The notes under the pieces: generated by a model
Databases searched by the model: none
What the model was told of the DNA's origin: nothing
The model's input: the letters and a program-made list of their open reading frames with translations, nothing else
Part shown: positions 1 to 10,100 of the stretch, in pieces
How the letters are laid out: each line of letters starts with the position of its first letter
Numbering within the stretch: the first letter of the stretch is position 1
Source: Myxococcota bacterium
GTDB taxonomy: Bacteria > Myxococcota_A > SURF-8 > G963663525
Assembly (NCBI GenBank): GCA_963676915.2
Contig: CAXXVK010000071.1
Span: 1 to 27,156 of the forward strand
Direction: 5' to 3'
Length of the DNA: 27,156 nucleotides
Translations under genes and position numbers: made by a program

Positions 1-209
1 TTCTCGAACGGATTCTGGAAAAACGGCTATAACGTGAACGTAAATGTGAAATCCAACATACTTTGAGTCTGCAAAGTGTCCTGTCTATTGAAACCCAGTA
101 TTTTCGGCTACCTCTGGCATGGCATCCCACCCAACCCATAACCTCCGTTTCGCATTCACATAACCCTGCGGAACTAGAAGAGTTTTCAACGGAAAATCGT
201 TCCAAAACC

Positions 210-237
210 TTGATCAAACGCGAAAACGTGGCATAAT
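210..237 (+). promoter_or_regulatory. Putative sigma70-type promoter of the sdh operon
   Basis: TTGATC (210-215), 16-bp spacer, extended -10 TG-g-CATAAT (229-237). GGAG RBS at 274-277 precedes ATG 288. Confidence 0.5.
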
Positions 238-287
238 CATCAGCGGAAAGGCCCAATACATTACCTTATTGCCGGAGAGCGAGATCG

Positions 288-688
288 ATGCGCATTCTCT
301 TCCAAATCCTCGATTACCGTTTCGAGGCAGGCATGATCGCCTGGGTGATGCACCGGCTGACGGGCATCGCGCTGTTTTTCTATCTCATCCCCCATGTGGT
401 CGTCACCGGACGGATGATCGCCGCCGCCCATATGGGTGACAAAGCCCAGGCGGTCGCCGCGTTCGAGGACATCTATGCGTTGTTGTCCGGCGATCTGGTG
501 GTGCTGCTGGAAATTCTTCTGGCGGGCTGCGTTTTATTCCACGCCATCAATGGATTGAGAATTTTGTTGATCGACTTCACGAGCCTCGTGCGCCGGGATC
601 AATGGCTGACCCGGTGGGCTTTCAGGCTGTGGGTGGTGTTTCGTTTGCCGTCGTCGCCGTACTGATGGCCTTGACGCATTGGGGGTGA
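288..688 (+). CDS. sdhC: Succinate dehydrogenase cytochrome b556 subunit (apparent frameshift near 3' end)
   Basis: Motifs HRLTG and FHAINGLRILLID with hydrophobic helices. The listed ORF stops at 665, but the last TM helix (SFAVVAVLMALTHWG*) continues in another frame to TGA 686-688, just before sdhD. Confidence 0.88.
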
Positions 689-693
689 ACGAC

Positions 694-1068
694 ATGAGAA
701 AGATCATCACGACCGAAGACTACCAAAAACGCTCCAGCGGTTCTTTAGGCTGGATCGCGCAACGGGTAACGGGATTTCTGCTGGCTTTCATTCTGCTGAC
801 CCACCTGTTCATGATGCACGTGCATCTGGGTGACGGTCCCGAGCCGGTCAGCGCCGAAGCGATGTGGGAGCGCTTTTCCACTCCGGGAATGCAGGCTTTT
901 TACTTGATTTTCCTGTACTTGGCGGTCTGGCACGGCGCCAACGGCCTCAAGAACGTCCTCGACGACTACCTGCACGGTCCGGCGGCGCGCTGGTTCAAGA
1001 CCGAGTTGGTCTGGCTGGTAGGGCTGGGAATCGCCGTGGCGGGGACGCTTTCCGTCTTCGCAAACTGA
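694..1068 (+). CDS. sdhD: Succinate dehydrogenase hydrophobic membrane anchor subunit
   Basis: W.AQRVTG, THL and WHGANGLKNVLDDY motifs, three TM helices, position between sdhC and sdhA. ATG 694 follows a GGGGTG SD-like sequence and is preferred over TTG 679. Confidence 0.9.
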   Translation: MRKIITTEDYQKRSSGSLGWIAQRVTGFLLAFILLTHLFMMHVHLGDGPEPVSAEAMWERFSTPGMQAFYLIFLYLAVWHGANGLKNVLDDYLHGPAARWFKTELVWLVGLGIAVAGTLSVFAN

Positions 1069-1142
1069 AACGAACCCGGAACGGTGAACGAAGGGATGTT
1101 TCCAGGGCTCCACCGTTCGATGATTTGAAAAGGGATTGCAAG

Positions 1143-2883
1143 ATGATCCATCGCAATGACGTGGTTGTTATTGGGTTCCGGGATGGCCGGGCTGAGGGCG
1201 GCTTTGGAAGCCTCCGAAAGCCTGGATGTGGCTGTCCTTTCCAAGCTTTACGTGCCTCGCTCCCACTCCGGTGCGGCTCAAGGGGGTATCGCCGCCGCCA
1301 TTGGGCAACCTCGAAGAGGACAACCCCGAGTGGCACATGTTCGACACGGTGAAAGGCTCGGATTACCTGGGAGATCAGGATGCCATCGAGGTGCTGACCC
1401 ACGACGCGCCGGAAACCATCATCGAGCTGGAGCATTTCGGCGTGCCCTTCAATCGTCTGCCCAACGGTCACATCGCTCAGCGGCCTTTCGGGGGGCATAC
1501 GCGGAATTTCGGTGAAGCGCCGGTCAAGCGCGCCTGCTATGCCGCCGACCGTACGGGTCATGCGATCCTGCACACCCTGTACGAACGCTGCATTTCCCGA
1601 AACGTCCGTTTTTTCGAGGAATTCCACGCTCTTGAACTGCTGTACGACGACCAACGTAACGCGCGTTTGCGGTGTCGTAGCCTACGAGTTGCAAACCGGC
1701 GAAAAGCATATTTTCCACACCAAAGCGGTGGTTATGGCGACCGGCGGTTATGGTCGTGCATGGTCCACGACGTCCAACGCCCACGCCTACACCGGCGACG
1801 GCATCGGCATGGTTTAACGACCGGGGATTGCCGCTGGAAGACCTGGAATTCATGCAGTTCCATCCCACCGGCCTGCACCCCATCGGTATTCTGATCTCCG
1901 AAGCGGCCCGTGGCGAAGGCGGTATTTTACGCAACGCCGACGGGGAACGCTTTATGGAGCGCTATGCTCCCAAAATCAAGGATCTCGCCCCCCGCGACAT
2001 GGTGAGTCGCGCCATTATGATCGAAATTCTGGAAGGTCGCGGCGTTGAGGGCAAAGACTACCTGCACTTGGATCTCAGCCACCTCGATCCAAAAATATTG
2101 GACCAGAAACTACCTGAAATCACCGGGTTTGCCCGCGCCTTTCTAGGCATCGAACCCAAAGTTGACCCCATTCCGGTTTGCGCCGACCGCTCACTATGCC
2201 ATGGGTGGAATTCCCACGAATATCCACGGCCAGGTGATTCGCAACGCACAGAACGAAGGCATCGACGGTTTTTATTCGGCCGGAGAGGCGGCCTGTGTTT
2301 CGGTGCATGGAGGCAACCGGCTGGGAACCAACTCGCTGCTCGATACGGTGGTTTTCGGGCGTCGCGCCGGAAAGCACATGCGCGAGGTGGTGCCGGAACT
2401 CGAATGGCTGCCGCTACCCAAAGATGCAGGTGAGCGGATGATGGATAAAATTTCCCGCGCACAGAAAGCGCCGGGAGAAACCACCGTCAAGGAAGTCCGC
2501 GACCGGATGCGCCGCACGATGATGGAACAACGTAGGCGTCTTCCGTACGGAAGAAAAAATGAAGCAAGCGCTCAAAGATCTCGACGAACTCAAGGCGATG
2601 TATCGCACGATCAAAGTTCGCGACGACGGAAAGATCATGAACACCGACCTTCTCGATGTGCTGGAGTTGGGTTTTCTGCTCGACATGGCGCAGGCGACGA
2701 CGGTCAGTGCGTTGGCTAGAACGGAAAGCCGAGGCGGTCATGCCCGGGACGACTACCCGAACCGGGACGACGCCAACTGGCTGGTACATACGCTGGCTTT
2801 CAAGGAAGGCGAGGGCGTACGACTGGATCACGATAAAAAAAGTCACAGTGACCCGTTTCGAGCCTAAAGAAAGAGTCTACTGA
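1143..2883 (+). CDS. sdhA: Succinate dehydrogenase flavoprotein subunit, split over 8 frame segments by 7 apparent +1 insertions
   Basis: Reconstructed colinear motifs: [25 protein letters not shown] (FAD-His), [96 protein letters not shown]. Confidence 0.93.
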
Positions 2884-2943
2884 AGTCTGCCGAATACGAC
2901 GGACGTTTTGGAAAACGTTTCGGTATCTTAAGGAGTTGGAATC

Positions 2944-3644
2944 ATGCTCGTGGAGTTTCGGATTCAACGTTTCAACCCGGAAAAAGACGTTAAACCGCAC
3001 TGGCAGACCTTTTCGGTGGATGTTGCGAAAACCGACGCCATTTTGACCGTGCTCAATCGCATCAAGGACGAACAGGACGGAACGCTGACGTTCCGTAAAT
3101 CCTGCGCCCACGGAATGTGCGGTTCTTGCGCGGTGGAGATCAACGGTCGCAATCAACTGGCCTGTATGACCGCTGGTACAGGACTGCAAAATGCCGATCA
3201 AGTTGGCTCCTTTGAAAGGTGCGTTGATCATCAAGGACTTGACCATCGATCAAGATCCTTTTTTCGACCGCTATCGGGCCATCATTCCCTATCTGGTCAA
3301 CGACGATCCCATTCCCGACGGAGAGCGGCTGCAATCGCCCGAGGAGCATGCATTGATCGAGGAATCGACCCAAGTGCATTCTCTGTGGAGCCTGTACGCA
3401 CTCCTGCCCCTCTTTCTGGGCAGATAATGACTACCTAGGTCCGGCGGCGCTTTTGAAGGCCTATCGTTTTGTGTTCGATAGCCGTGACACCGGCGCGGCG
3501 GCGCGTCTGAAAGTGCTGGACAACGCGAAGGGGCTGTTCAAGTGCTACACCATTTTCAACTGCGTGCGCGCCTGTCCCAAGGAAATCCACATCACCTCCC
3601 ACATTGCCGCATTGAAGAGGAAACTGATGGTAACCAAGCTGTAA
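2944..3644 (+). CDS. sdhB: Succinate dehydrogenase iron-sulfur subunit, with 2 apparent +1 insertions (near 3170 and 3370)
   Basis: SCAHGMCGSC...LAC (2Fe-2S), CILCGACTHSCP (read from DNA at about 3374-3410) and CYTIFNCVRACP. AAGGAG RBS upstream of ATG 2944. Confidence 0.93.
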
Positions 3645-3678
3645 CGAACTAGGTCTTCGGGAAAAATTTAGAAAAGCG

Positions 3679-3707
3679 CAGGCCGGATAAGGGTTTTATC
3701 CGGCCTG
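3679..3707. terminator. Intrinsic, probably bidirectional terminator between convergent sdhB and TSUP genes
   Basis: Perfect 12-bp stem CAGGCCGGATAA / TTATCCGGCCTG with a 5-nt loop. TTTGGTTT follows on + and A-runs precede it. Confidence 0.8.
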
Positions 3708-3759
3708 TTTGGTTTCTAAAACGTGCACGACGTAAACATCAGATCCGGTAATAAAAGTC

Positions 3760-4526
3760 TTATCCCCACTGCTGATAGACTACCGTAGCCAACAGCAGCA
3801 CCAGCACCACGACCATCAGTGGTCGAATGATTTCTTTCGCCCTTTTTCAACGCGAGACTCGATCCCAGCGCACTTCCGGCAATACCACCCAGTGCCGTGA
3901 ATAAACCCAATGGAAACAACACCTTGGAATGCAACAGAAATACCGCGAGCGCTCCGGCGTTGGAGGCGACGTTGGTCAGTCGGGCGGTGGCCGACGAGGA
4001 GACGAGATCTAGCCCGAGAATCCAGTAAAACGCCAGCGCTAAAAACGCCCCGGTGCCGGGACCGTAAAAGCCGTCGTAGGCTCCAACGATGCATCCGATC
4101 CCCAAGGATTTCAATGCGATAGCACCGGTTTCCGCTCCTGGAGTGCGAGACAGGCCCAGGCGATCCTGAAACAGGAAGAACACCAGCACCAGCGGCGTGA
4201 GGATCAGCACGACCGAGTGAATCACCGTTTCGCTCAACCAGAGCGCCAGTTGCGATCCTGCGGAGGAACCCACCAATGCGCCCGCCACGGCGACCAGACC
4301 AACGCGAAAGTTCAAACGTCGGGCCTTTCCGTAGCGAAGTGTCGCGGTCAGTGTTCCCAAAAATCCCGAAAACTTGTTGGTGGCGAGTGCGGAATGAGCG
4401 GGCAGTCCGGCGGCGAAATACGCGGGTAATGCGATTAAGCCGCCGCCACCCGCGATGGAATCGACAAATCCCGCCAGTGCGGCCGAAAAATACCAGAAAT
4501 GCCGTGGTGGCAAGATCGATCTCCAT
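3760..4526 (-). CDS. TSUP (TauE/SafE, YfcA-like) family membrane transporter, with 2 apparent +1 insertions
   Basis: AGFVDSIAGGGGLI, ALATNK and GAYDGFYGPGTG motifs. The N-terminus MEIDLATTAFLVF (ATG 4526) and C-terminus IIRPLMVVVLVLLLATVVYQQWG* (TAA 3762-3760) lie in neighbouring frames. Confidence 0.88.
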
Positions 4527-4673
4527 TCGTCCGCCGAAGTCCTTCCGTCACGCATCGATGATGCATCGTGTATAAGTTCTATCCTACCGAAATTACAGGG
4601 TATTGCATTCTTTCAAAACAAAACGTGTGGAGCAGGATACAATCCCAATGCAGTTGACTTTGGGCCTATTGGC

Positions 4674-4765
4674 GGGTGCCACGGTCTTCGATTCGAAGAA
4701 TCGATGGCCGTGCAACGTATTGGAATCTCACGGCCATTGCCCTCCTGGCAAAGACCGTGCCACCC
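4674..4765. repeat. REPIN-like inverted doublet of palindromic units
   Basis: Unit GGGTG(C/G)CACGGTCTT-[hairpin]-ATGGCCGTG at 4674-4712 (+) and 4729-4765 (-). Confidence 0.7.
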
Positions 4766-4839
4766 ACCTGAAAACAGTTTTTTCACGTAAGTCAATAGCA
4801 TTAAAATACAAACCTGCTGCATCGAAGTGGATTTTCGAA

Positions 4840-4862
4840 GGACGGGGATTGTATCCCCGTCC
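4840..4862 (-). terminator. Stem-loop downstream of gcdA (possible terminator)
   Basis: GGACGGGGAT-tgt-ATCCCCGTCC is a perfect 10-bp stem 30 nt after the gcdA stop. The U-tract is weak. Confidence 0.5.
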
Positions 4863-4892
4863 GCACGTTTTCATTCAAAAGTAGCGCAAACC

Positions 4893-6626
4893 TTACCCCT
4901 TGATGCTCCTTGGCAACAGCATTTGATGATGCGGGCAGATCGATGCCGGATTCTGGTAAGCCGCCCCCGCGAAAGCTTCGAGATAGCCGCGTAGATCCTT
5001 CAAAAACACCAACTCGTCCACGAGTCCGTAACGGGCGCAGAACTGAGGCCGGGAATTGTCGTGATACTGCTGGGCCAGCTCGTTCATTTTTTCGACGACC
5101 GGTTCCAGCGGATTTCCCGCTTTCTTTTCCTTGACCAGTCGCCGCGAATACGTTGCTACCGCCGCCGTTTCTCCATGCATGACGTAGATTTCCGTTGCCG
5201 GAGTTCCCAGCGTGAAGGCATTGTGGCGGTTGGCGTTGGGACCGCCCATCACGTAATGGGCCGCCGCGCTTCCTTTACGCAGCACGACGAGCATCATCGG
5301 CAGATCCGTTTGCTGGATCGAATAGATCAGCGATTGTCCCAGGCCCAGCAATTCGGCTCGCTCGGCGTCGTCGCCTACGTCGATGCCGCTGGTGTCCTGG
5401 AACCAGACGATCGGCACCCGGTCACGACCACAGAGGGTGACGAATTCATTCATTTTAATCAATCCCTGCCGGTACAGCTTGCCGCCGATGCCGGGATAGT
5501 CGGCGTATTCCGGGTAGCCTTTTCCCAAATATCCCTGCCGGTTGCCGATACAGCCGATCAACTGGCCATCGACTTTCACCAGCCCGGTGTAAACCTCGGG
5601 ACCGTAGTCCGGGCGAAACTCCATGTGCTCGCTGCCATCGACGAGCCGGGCGAGAATTTCCTCGAAAGAATAGACTTCCTTCTGATTGAACGGCAGCAGG
5701 GAATAGAGATCTTCGATGGGGAAACGCGGCGCTTTCGGTTCGGCGACACGGAAAATTTCCGGGTCGTAGGCCGGGAGTTTTTTCACATAGTCTTTGATCC
5801 CGTCGAGCACTTCCTCCTCTTTCTCGCAGACATGGCGGAAGAAGCCGGTTTCGTCGTAGTGAATTTCCGTGCGTCCCGGAGGCTTGACCTTGAATTCCAT
5901 GGCTTTCTTGATGATTTCATCCACGGTTTCCAGATCGAAATGTCCTTTGGGCGCCATTCCCGACACGATACCCACACCGCCCACGGCGATGTTGGCGTCC
6001 TTATGGGCAATCAAAATAGTAGGACTGATACCCTGATAACCGCCCCCCGCCGGGTTGGTGCCGTAGATCCCCGCGAGGATCGGCACACCGGCCTGATTGA
6101 GTTCCGCGTGCCGGAAAAACGGCGTCCCGGAGCCGCGCCGGTTGGCGTAAAACTTCTCTTGTTCCGGCAACTTGGCCCCGCTGCAATTGACCAGCCACAC
6201 CAGCGGAACACGCAGTCGTTTGGCCAGATCGGTGACGCGCAAAATATTTTCCGACTGCCCCGGCAACCAGGCACCGGCCATGACTTTGTTGTCGAAACCG
6301 ACCACGACCACCCAACGTCCCTCGATTTTGGCCAGGCCATCGATCACGTTGGTGGTGCCTTCCTTGTTGTCCAGCGGGTTGTAAAGCATGTGCAGGGGGC
6401 GCCACGTTCCCGGGTCGATCAGGTATTCCAGGCGCTGCCAGATGGTCATCCAGCCCCGAGCGTTGATTTTTTCCGTAGGAAACCCGGCTTGTTCCACGGC
6501 ATTTCGGGCTTCGACGATGGTTTGTTCCATCTCTTTGAGATGTTCGGCGCTTTCGGCGCTGCGTTTGATACGCCCCGGCTTCAATTCCTTGCCGAATTCC
6601 TGCATTTTTTCAAAATACGGTTTCAT
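4893..6626 (-). CDS. gcdA: Glutaconyl-CoA decarboxylase alpha subunit (biotin-dependent carboxyltransferase)
   Basis: Intact 577 aa with GcdA-type motifs YANRRG.GTPFFR.AEL, GTNPAGGGY, GGKLYRQGL.KMNEFVTLC.RDR.P.VW.QDT.GIDVG, AAAHYV.GGP and ICP.HQM.LPR. AGGAG RBS. Confidence 0.88.
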   Translation of the reverse strand: MKPYFEKMQEFGKELKPGRIKRSAESAEHLKEMEQTIVEARNAVEQAGFPTEKINARGWMTIWQRLEYLIDPGTWRPLHMLYNPLDNKEGTTNVIDGLAKIEGRWVVVVGFDNKVMAGAWLPGQSENILRVTDLAKRLRVPLVWLVNCSGAKLPEQEKFYANRRGSGTPFFRHAELNQAGVPILAGIYGTNPAGGGYQGISPTILIAHKDANIAVGGVGIVSGMAPKGHFDLETVDEIIKKAMEFKVKPPGRTEIHYDETGFFRHVCEKEEEVLDGIKDYVKKLPAYDPEIFRVAEPKAPRFPIEDLYSLLPFNQKEVYSFEEILARLVDGSEHMEFRPDYGPEVYTGLVKVDGQLIGCIGNRQGYLGKGYPEYADYPGIGGKLYRQGLIKMNEFVTLCGRDRVPIVWFQDTSGIDVGDDAERAELLGLGQSLIYSIQQTDLPMMLVVLRKGSAAAHYVMGGPNANRHNAFTLGTPATEIYVMHGETAAVATYSRRLVKEKKAGNPLEPVVEKMNELAQQYHDNSRPQFCARYGLVDELVFLKDLRGYLEAFAGAAYQNPASICPHHQMLLPRSIKG

Positions 6627-6780
6627 CGCATTTCTCCTGAAAAAAAAGACTTTGGGATCAAAATCGAAAATTCCCAGATAAAAAGAGTACCGTTTTTCGA
6701 TCTGGATGTGAAGGGGAATCCTATGGAGTGTATACGGAAGGGATGTGAAGCAAGGTTGGGAGAAGGAGCTGGTCGGAGAT

Positions 6781-6877
6781 TAGAAGTCATCCTAAAAAAA
6801 CCGACCGAGGATTTCGAGGCGAAGTCGACCGAAAGCGTCCGAAAGGCGACAGGAGTGTATTTTTAGGATGGCTTCTA
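6781..6877. mobile_element. MITE-like element (93 bp plus TA flanks)
   Basis: Terminal inverted repeats GAAGTCATCCTAAAAA (6783-6798) and TTTTTAGGATGGCTTC (6860-6875), 15/16 match, each flanked by TA. Non-coding, with a partial second copy at about 19.75 kb. Confidence 0.7.
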
Positions 6878-7162
6878 TTGTATTCATAACCTTCCATGCA
6901 TTCACAGTAAGCACCGTTTTTCCAATGCACTGTTTGTTGAGATTCAGTGACATCATAGATGAAAGATCGGTCTCCATTGCTTTTTCCAACCCAACTCTTT
7001 GGTCTGAGGATTTATGCAAGAGGCTCTGTAGAGTAGTAAATAATTCTCTAGGACTTGCATTCTCTAATCATTAATGAGAGGGTTCGGCTAAAATCAAACA
7101 TCTCGGAATCTTCATCAAGAATAACTTTCGTCGCCAAAGTTCACCTGTTGGGAGGTGGCAAT

Positions 7163-10100
7163 ATGAACCGACAAGCATTCAAAAAAAAACAAATTTTTAT
7201 TCTGACCGGATTTATCTGTTTTTTATTGCTGGTTCCATTTTTGTCGATGTCTCATGCAATCAGTTTTGATTATCCTCTATGCGACTCAGAGGTGGCTACT
7301 CGCCCTGAAGCCAAACTCTGCGACGTTGAGGAGAAACTCGATGGTGCGGGGTCGTGCCCGCAAGATATTTTCAAGGCATCGACGGTCGTTTGCAACCCCG
7401 GCTCCGGCGACATCTGCGATTCGGACGAAACCTGCACGAACTCCAGTGCAGATTGCCCACAAGATAGATTTCAACCCCAAACTAAGGTTTTCCTAGCCGG
7501 TTCAGGCGATCCCTACGACCCGGACGAACGGTGTACGGGAAATGCGGGGGAGGCTTGTCCGGCGGAGGCTTACGAATACGACGAAACGGAATGCGATGAC
7601 GGAAACCTTTGCACTTTCGACGACATCTTCACTTCCGGCGTATGTTCGGGAACACCCTATGCATGCAACGGACATGGAACCTGCCTTGGTGACGGCACAT
7701 GCGAGTGCGACAGCGGTTGGAACGGCGACAAATGCGATACGGCCATTTGCTCCCCGGCTTGCGTCAACGGTTCTTGCACCATGCCCGATACGTGCTCTTG
7801 CGATTCTGGCTGGTACGGGGACGTATGCGACTCGGCGGGCGAGACGATCGTTGTAACCACAACCACCGACGAACTGGGTTCCGGCGAGGATTGTTCTTTG
7901 CGCGAAGCCATTCAGGCGGCAAACACCAATGCTGCCTACGGCGGATGCTCGACCGGTGGCGGAACAGAAATCATCATCATCCCGGCAGGAACTTACATGC
8001 TTACCCGCTACGGGAAAGGTGAAGACAGCAACGCGACCGGAGATCTGGATATCCGTAATAGCATGACGCTCGTTGGGGACGACGAAGGCGGCACCATAAT
8101 AGACGGAGGTTACGGTACGATAGGTTCGCCGGACCGTGTCTTCCATGTCGTGTATTCAAGCTACGAGGTCGTCTTTCAGCATCTCACAATACAGAACGGA
8201 AGGCTGAACGGCACAAACGATGCGGGCGGTGGTATTCTGAATCAAGGTGAACTGACGCTGCAGTCTTGTATCGTTGAAAACAACTACGCCTACTTTGGTG
8301 GAGGTGGTCTGTACGGGAGCGATTATTATGCGATCCCCTCCTCGACCTATATTGAGGATTGCCGCTTCGAAGGCAACGCCACCCACGGGTACGGCGGCGC
8401 CCTCGGGATTACCTACAGTTCCGACGCGTATGTAACAAGCAGCTTTTTTACAAGCAACACAGCCACAAACGGTGCGGGAGCGATCCACAACTACACAGGC
8501 AGCCTGGAAATTGAAACAAGCTCTTTCGTGCAAAATACCGCTCCCAATGGCGGTGCTATCCTGTCCAATGGTTCACACGCCTATGTGGTTAACACCACCT
8601 TTAGCGGCAACGAAGCCACCTACCGTGGAGGTGCGTTTTACGGCGCTTCGGCGAACGGTGTCAAGCTTGCCATGGTAACGATATCCGACAACTATTCGGA
8701 GATTCTGGGTGGGGGGCTGTATTTGTCCGGCGGTTCGGCCACCTTGCACGGCTGCCTGATTTCGGGCAACCGCGCAACCAGCGGCCCGGACGTGTACGGC
8801 ACATTGACCGCAGTCTCCGATTACAATCTGGTGAGCGACACGAGCAATGCAAGCGGGCTGGATTGTGCAACATTGCACAATGTCTGCGACCTGGCCACGG
8901 CCAACCTGACATCGCTTGATACAAGCGCCGATCTGCCTTTCTTCGGTCTGCTGCCAAGCTCGCCCGCGCTGGATGCGGGCGACTGCCTGGATTACAATGG
9001 CAATCCCGTTGCCACCGACCAGCGCGGGCGCACGCGACCGTTCCCGGTCTTGGGTCATTGCGACATCGGAGCCGTTGAGAATGGGTTCGCGTATGGCGAT
9101 GATTGCGACAGCGATTCGGACTGCGACGGCATCGGGATTTGCACCGATAACGTGTGCTGTCCGCTTTGCACCGACAACGGGAGTTGCTCGATGGATACCG
9201 GCCTGTGCGCGTGCGACACTGGCTGGGCCGGAGTCCTATGCAATATCTGCGACGAAGGGTACTACGGCACCGACTGTGAATCCTGCCCCGCATGTTCCCA
9301 CGGAAGCTGCAACGACGGTAACGAAGGTGACGGTGGTTGTACCTGTGACGTCGGCTGGGAAGGGGATCTGTGCGACTCGGCGATTTGCGATCTGACGTGC
9401 ATCCATGGAAGTTGCACCGCTCCCGACACCTGCACCTGCCTCGAAGGCTACGATGGCGACACGTGCGAGGAATGCGCCGAGGGCTACAATAACTACCCGG
9501 ATTGCGTGATGGACCCCTGCTATGATGCCGACTGCTCTGAATTCGACAGGGATTGCACGGAAGGCGTCTGCATCGACAACGGCGATGGTACCCATCGCTG
9601 TGAAGCAAACCCGATCAACGTGGGGTTGGACTGCGGCGATGGTCCGACGGAGTGCTCCGGTCAAGATACTTGTGACGGATCGGGTACATGCCAGCCGAAC
9701 GATTTCGATACTTCCACGATGTGCGGTGACGCAGGTACGGAGTGCGTGAACCAGGACTATTGTGACGGCTCCGGTTCTTGTGCCGACCATGGTTTTGTTG
9801 CTGTCAACACGGCCTGTGGCAATAGTCCGACCGAGTGCTCTGGCCAGGATACTTGCGATGGATCCGGTACATGCCAAACCAATGATTTCGATACAAGCAC
9901 GACCTGCGGTGATGACGGAACGGAATGCGTAAATCAGGACTACTGTGACGGCTCCGGTTCTTGTGCCGACCATGGCTTTGTTGCCGCCAACACGGCCTGT
10001 GGCAATAGTCCGACCGAGTGCTCCGGCCAGGATACTTGCGATGGAGCCGGTACATGCCAACCCAATGATTTCGATACAAGTACGACCTGCGGGGATGACG

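Noticed and set aside
1-32. Possible 3' end of an upstream gene (LERILEKRL*)
   Set aside because: Too short to support.
1143-3644. Programmed frameshifting or RNA editing of sdhAB
   Set aside because: The shift sites share no slippery motif and the unrelated TSUP gene is equally affected, so sequencing error is more parsimonious.
3679-3707. Resemblance to the enterobacterial REP core GCCGGATAAG/TTATCCGGCCT
   Set aside because: Single copy between convergent genes with a T-tract. A terminator is the simpler explanation.
5061-6866. 601-aa + strand ORF
   Set aside because: Antisense shadow of gcdA with no recognisable motifs. It also runs through the MITE-like element.
7055-7162. Longer N-termini from the ORF track (7055, also 19417 and 21323)
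   Set aside because: Downstream ATGs (7163, 19309, 21251) give proper signal peptides, with clear RBSs at 7163 and 21251. The TTG at 19417 coincides with a -35 box.
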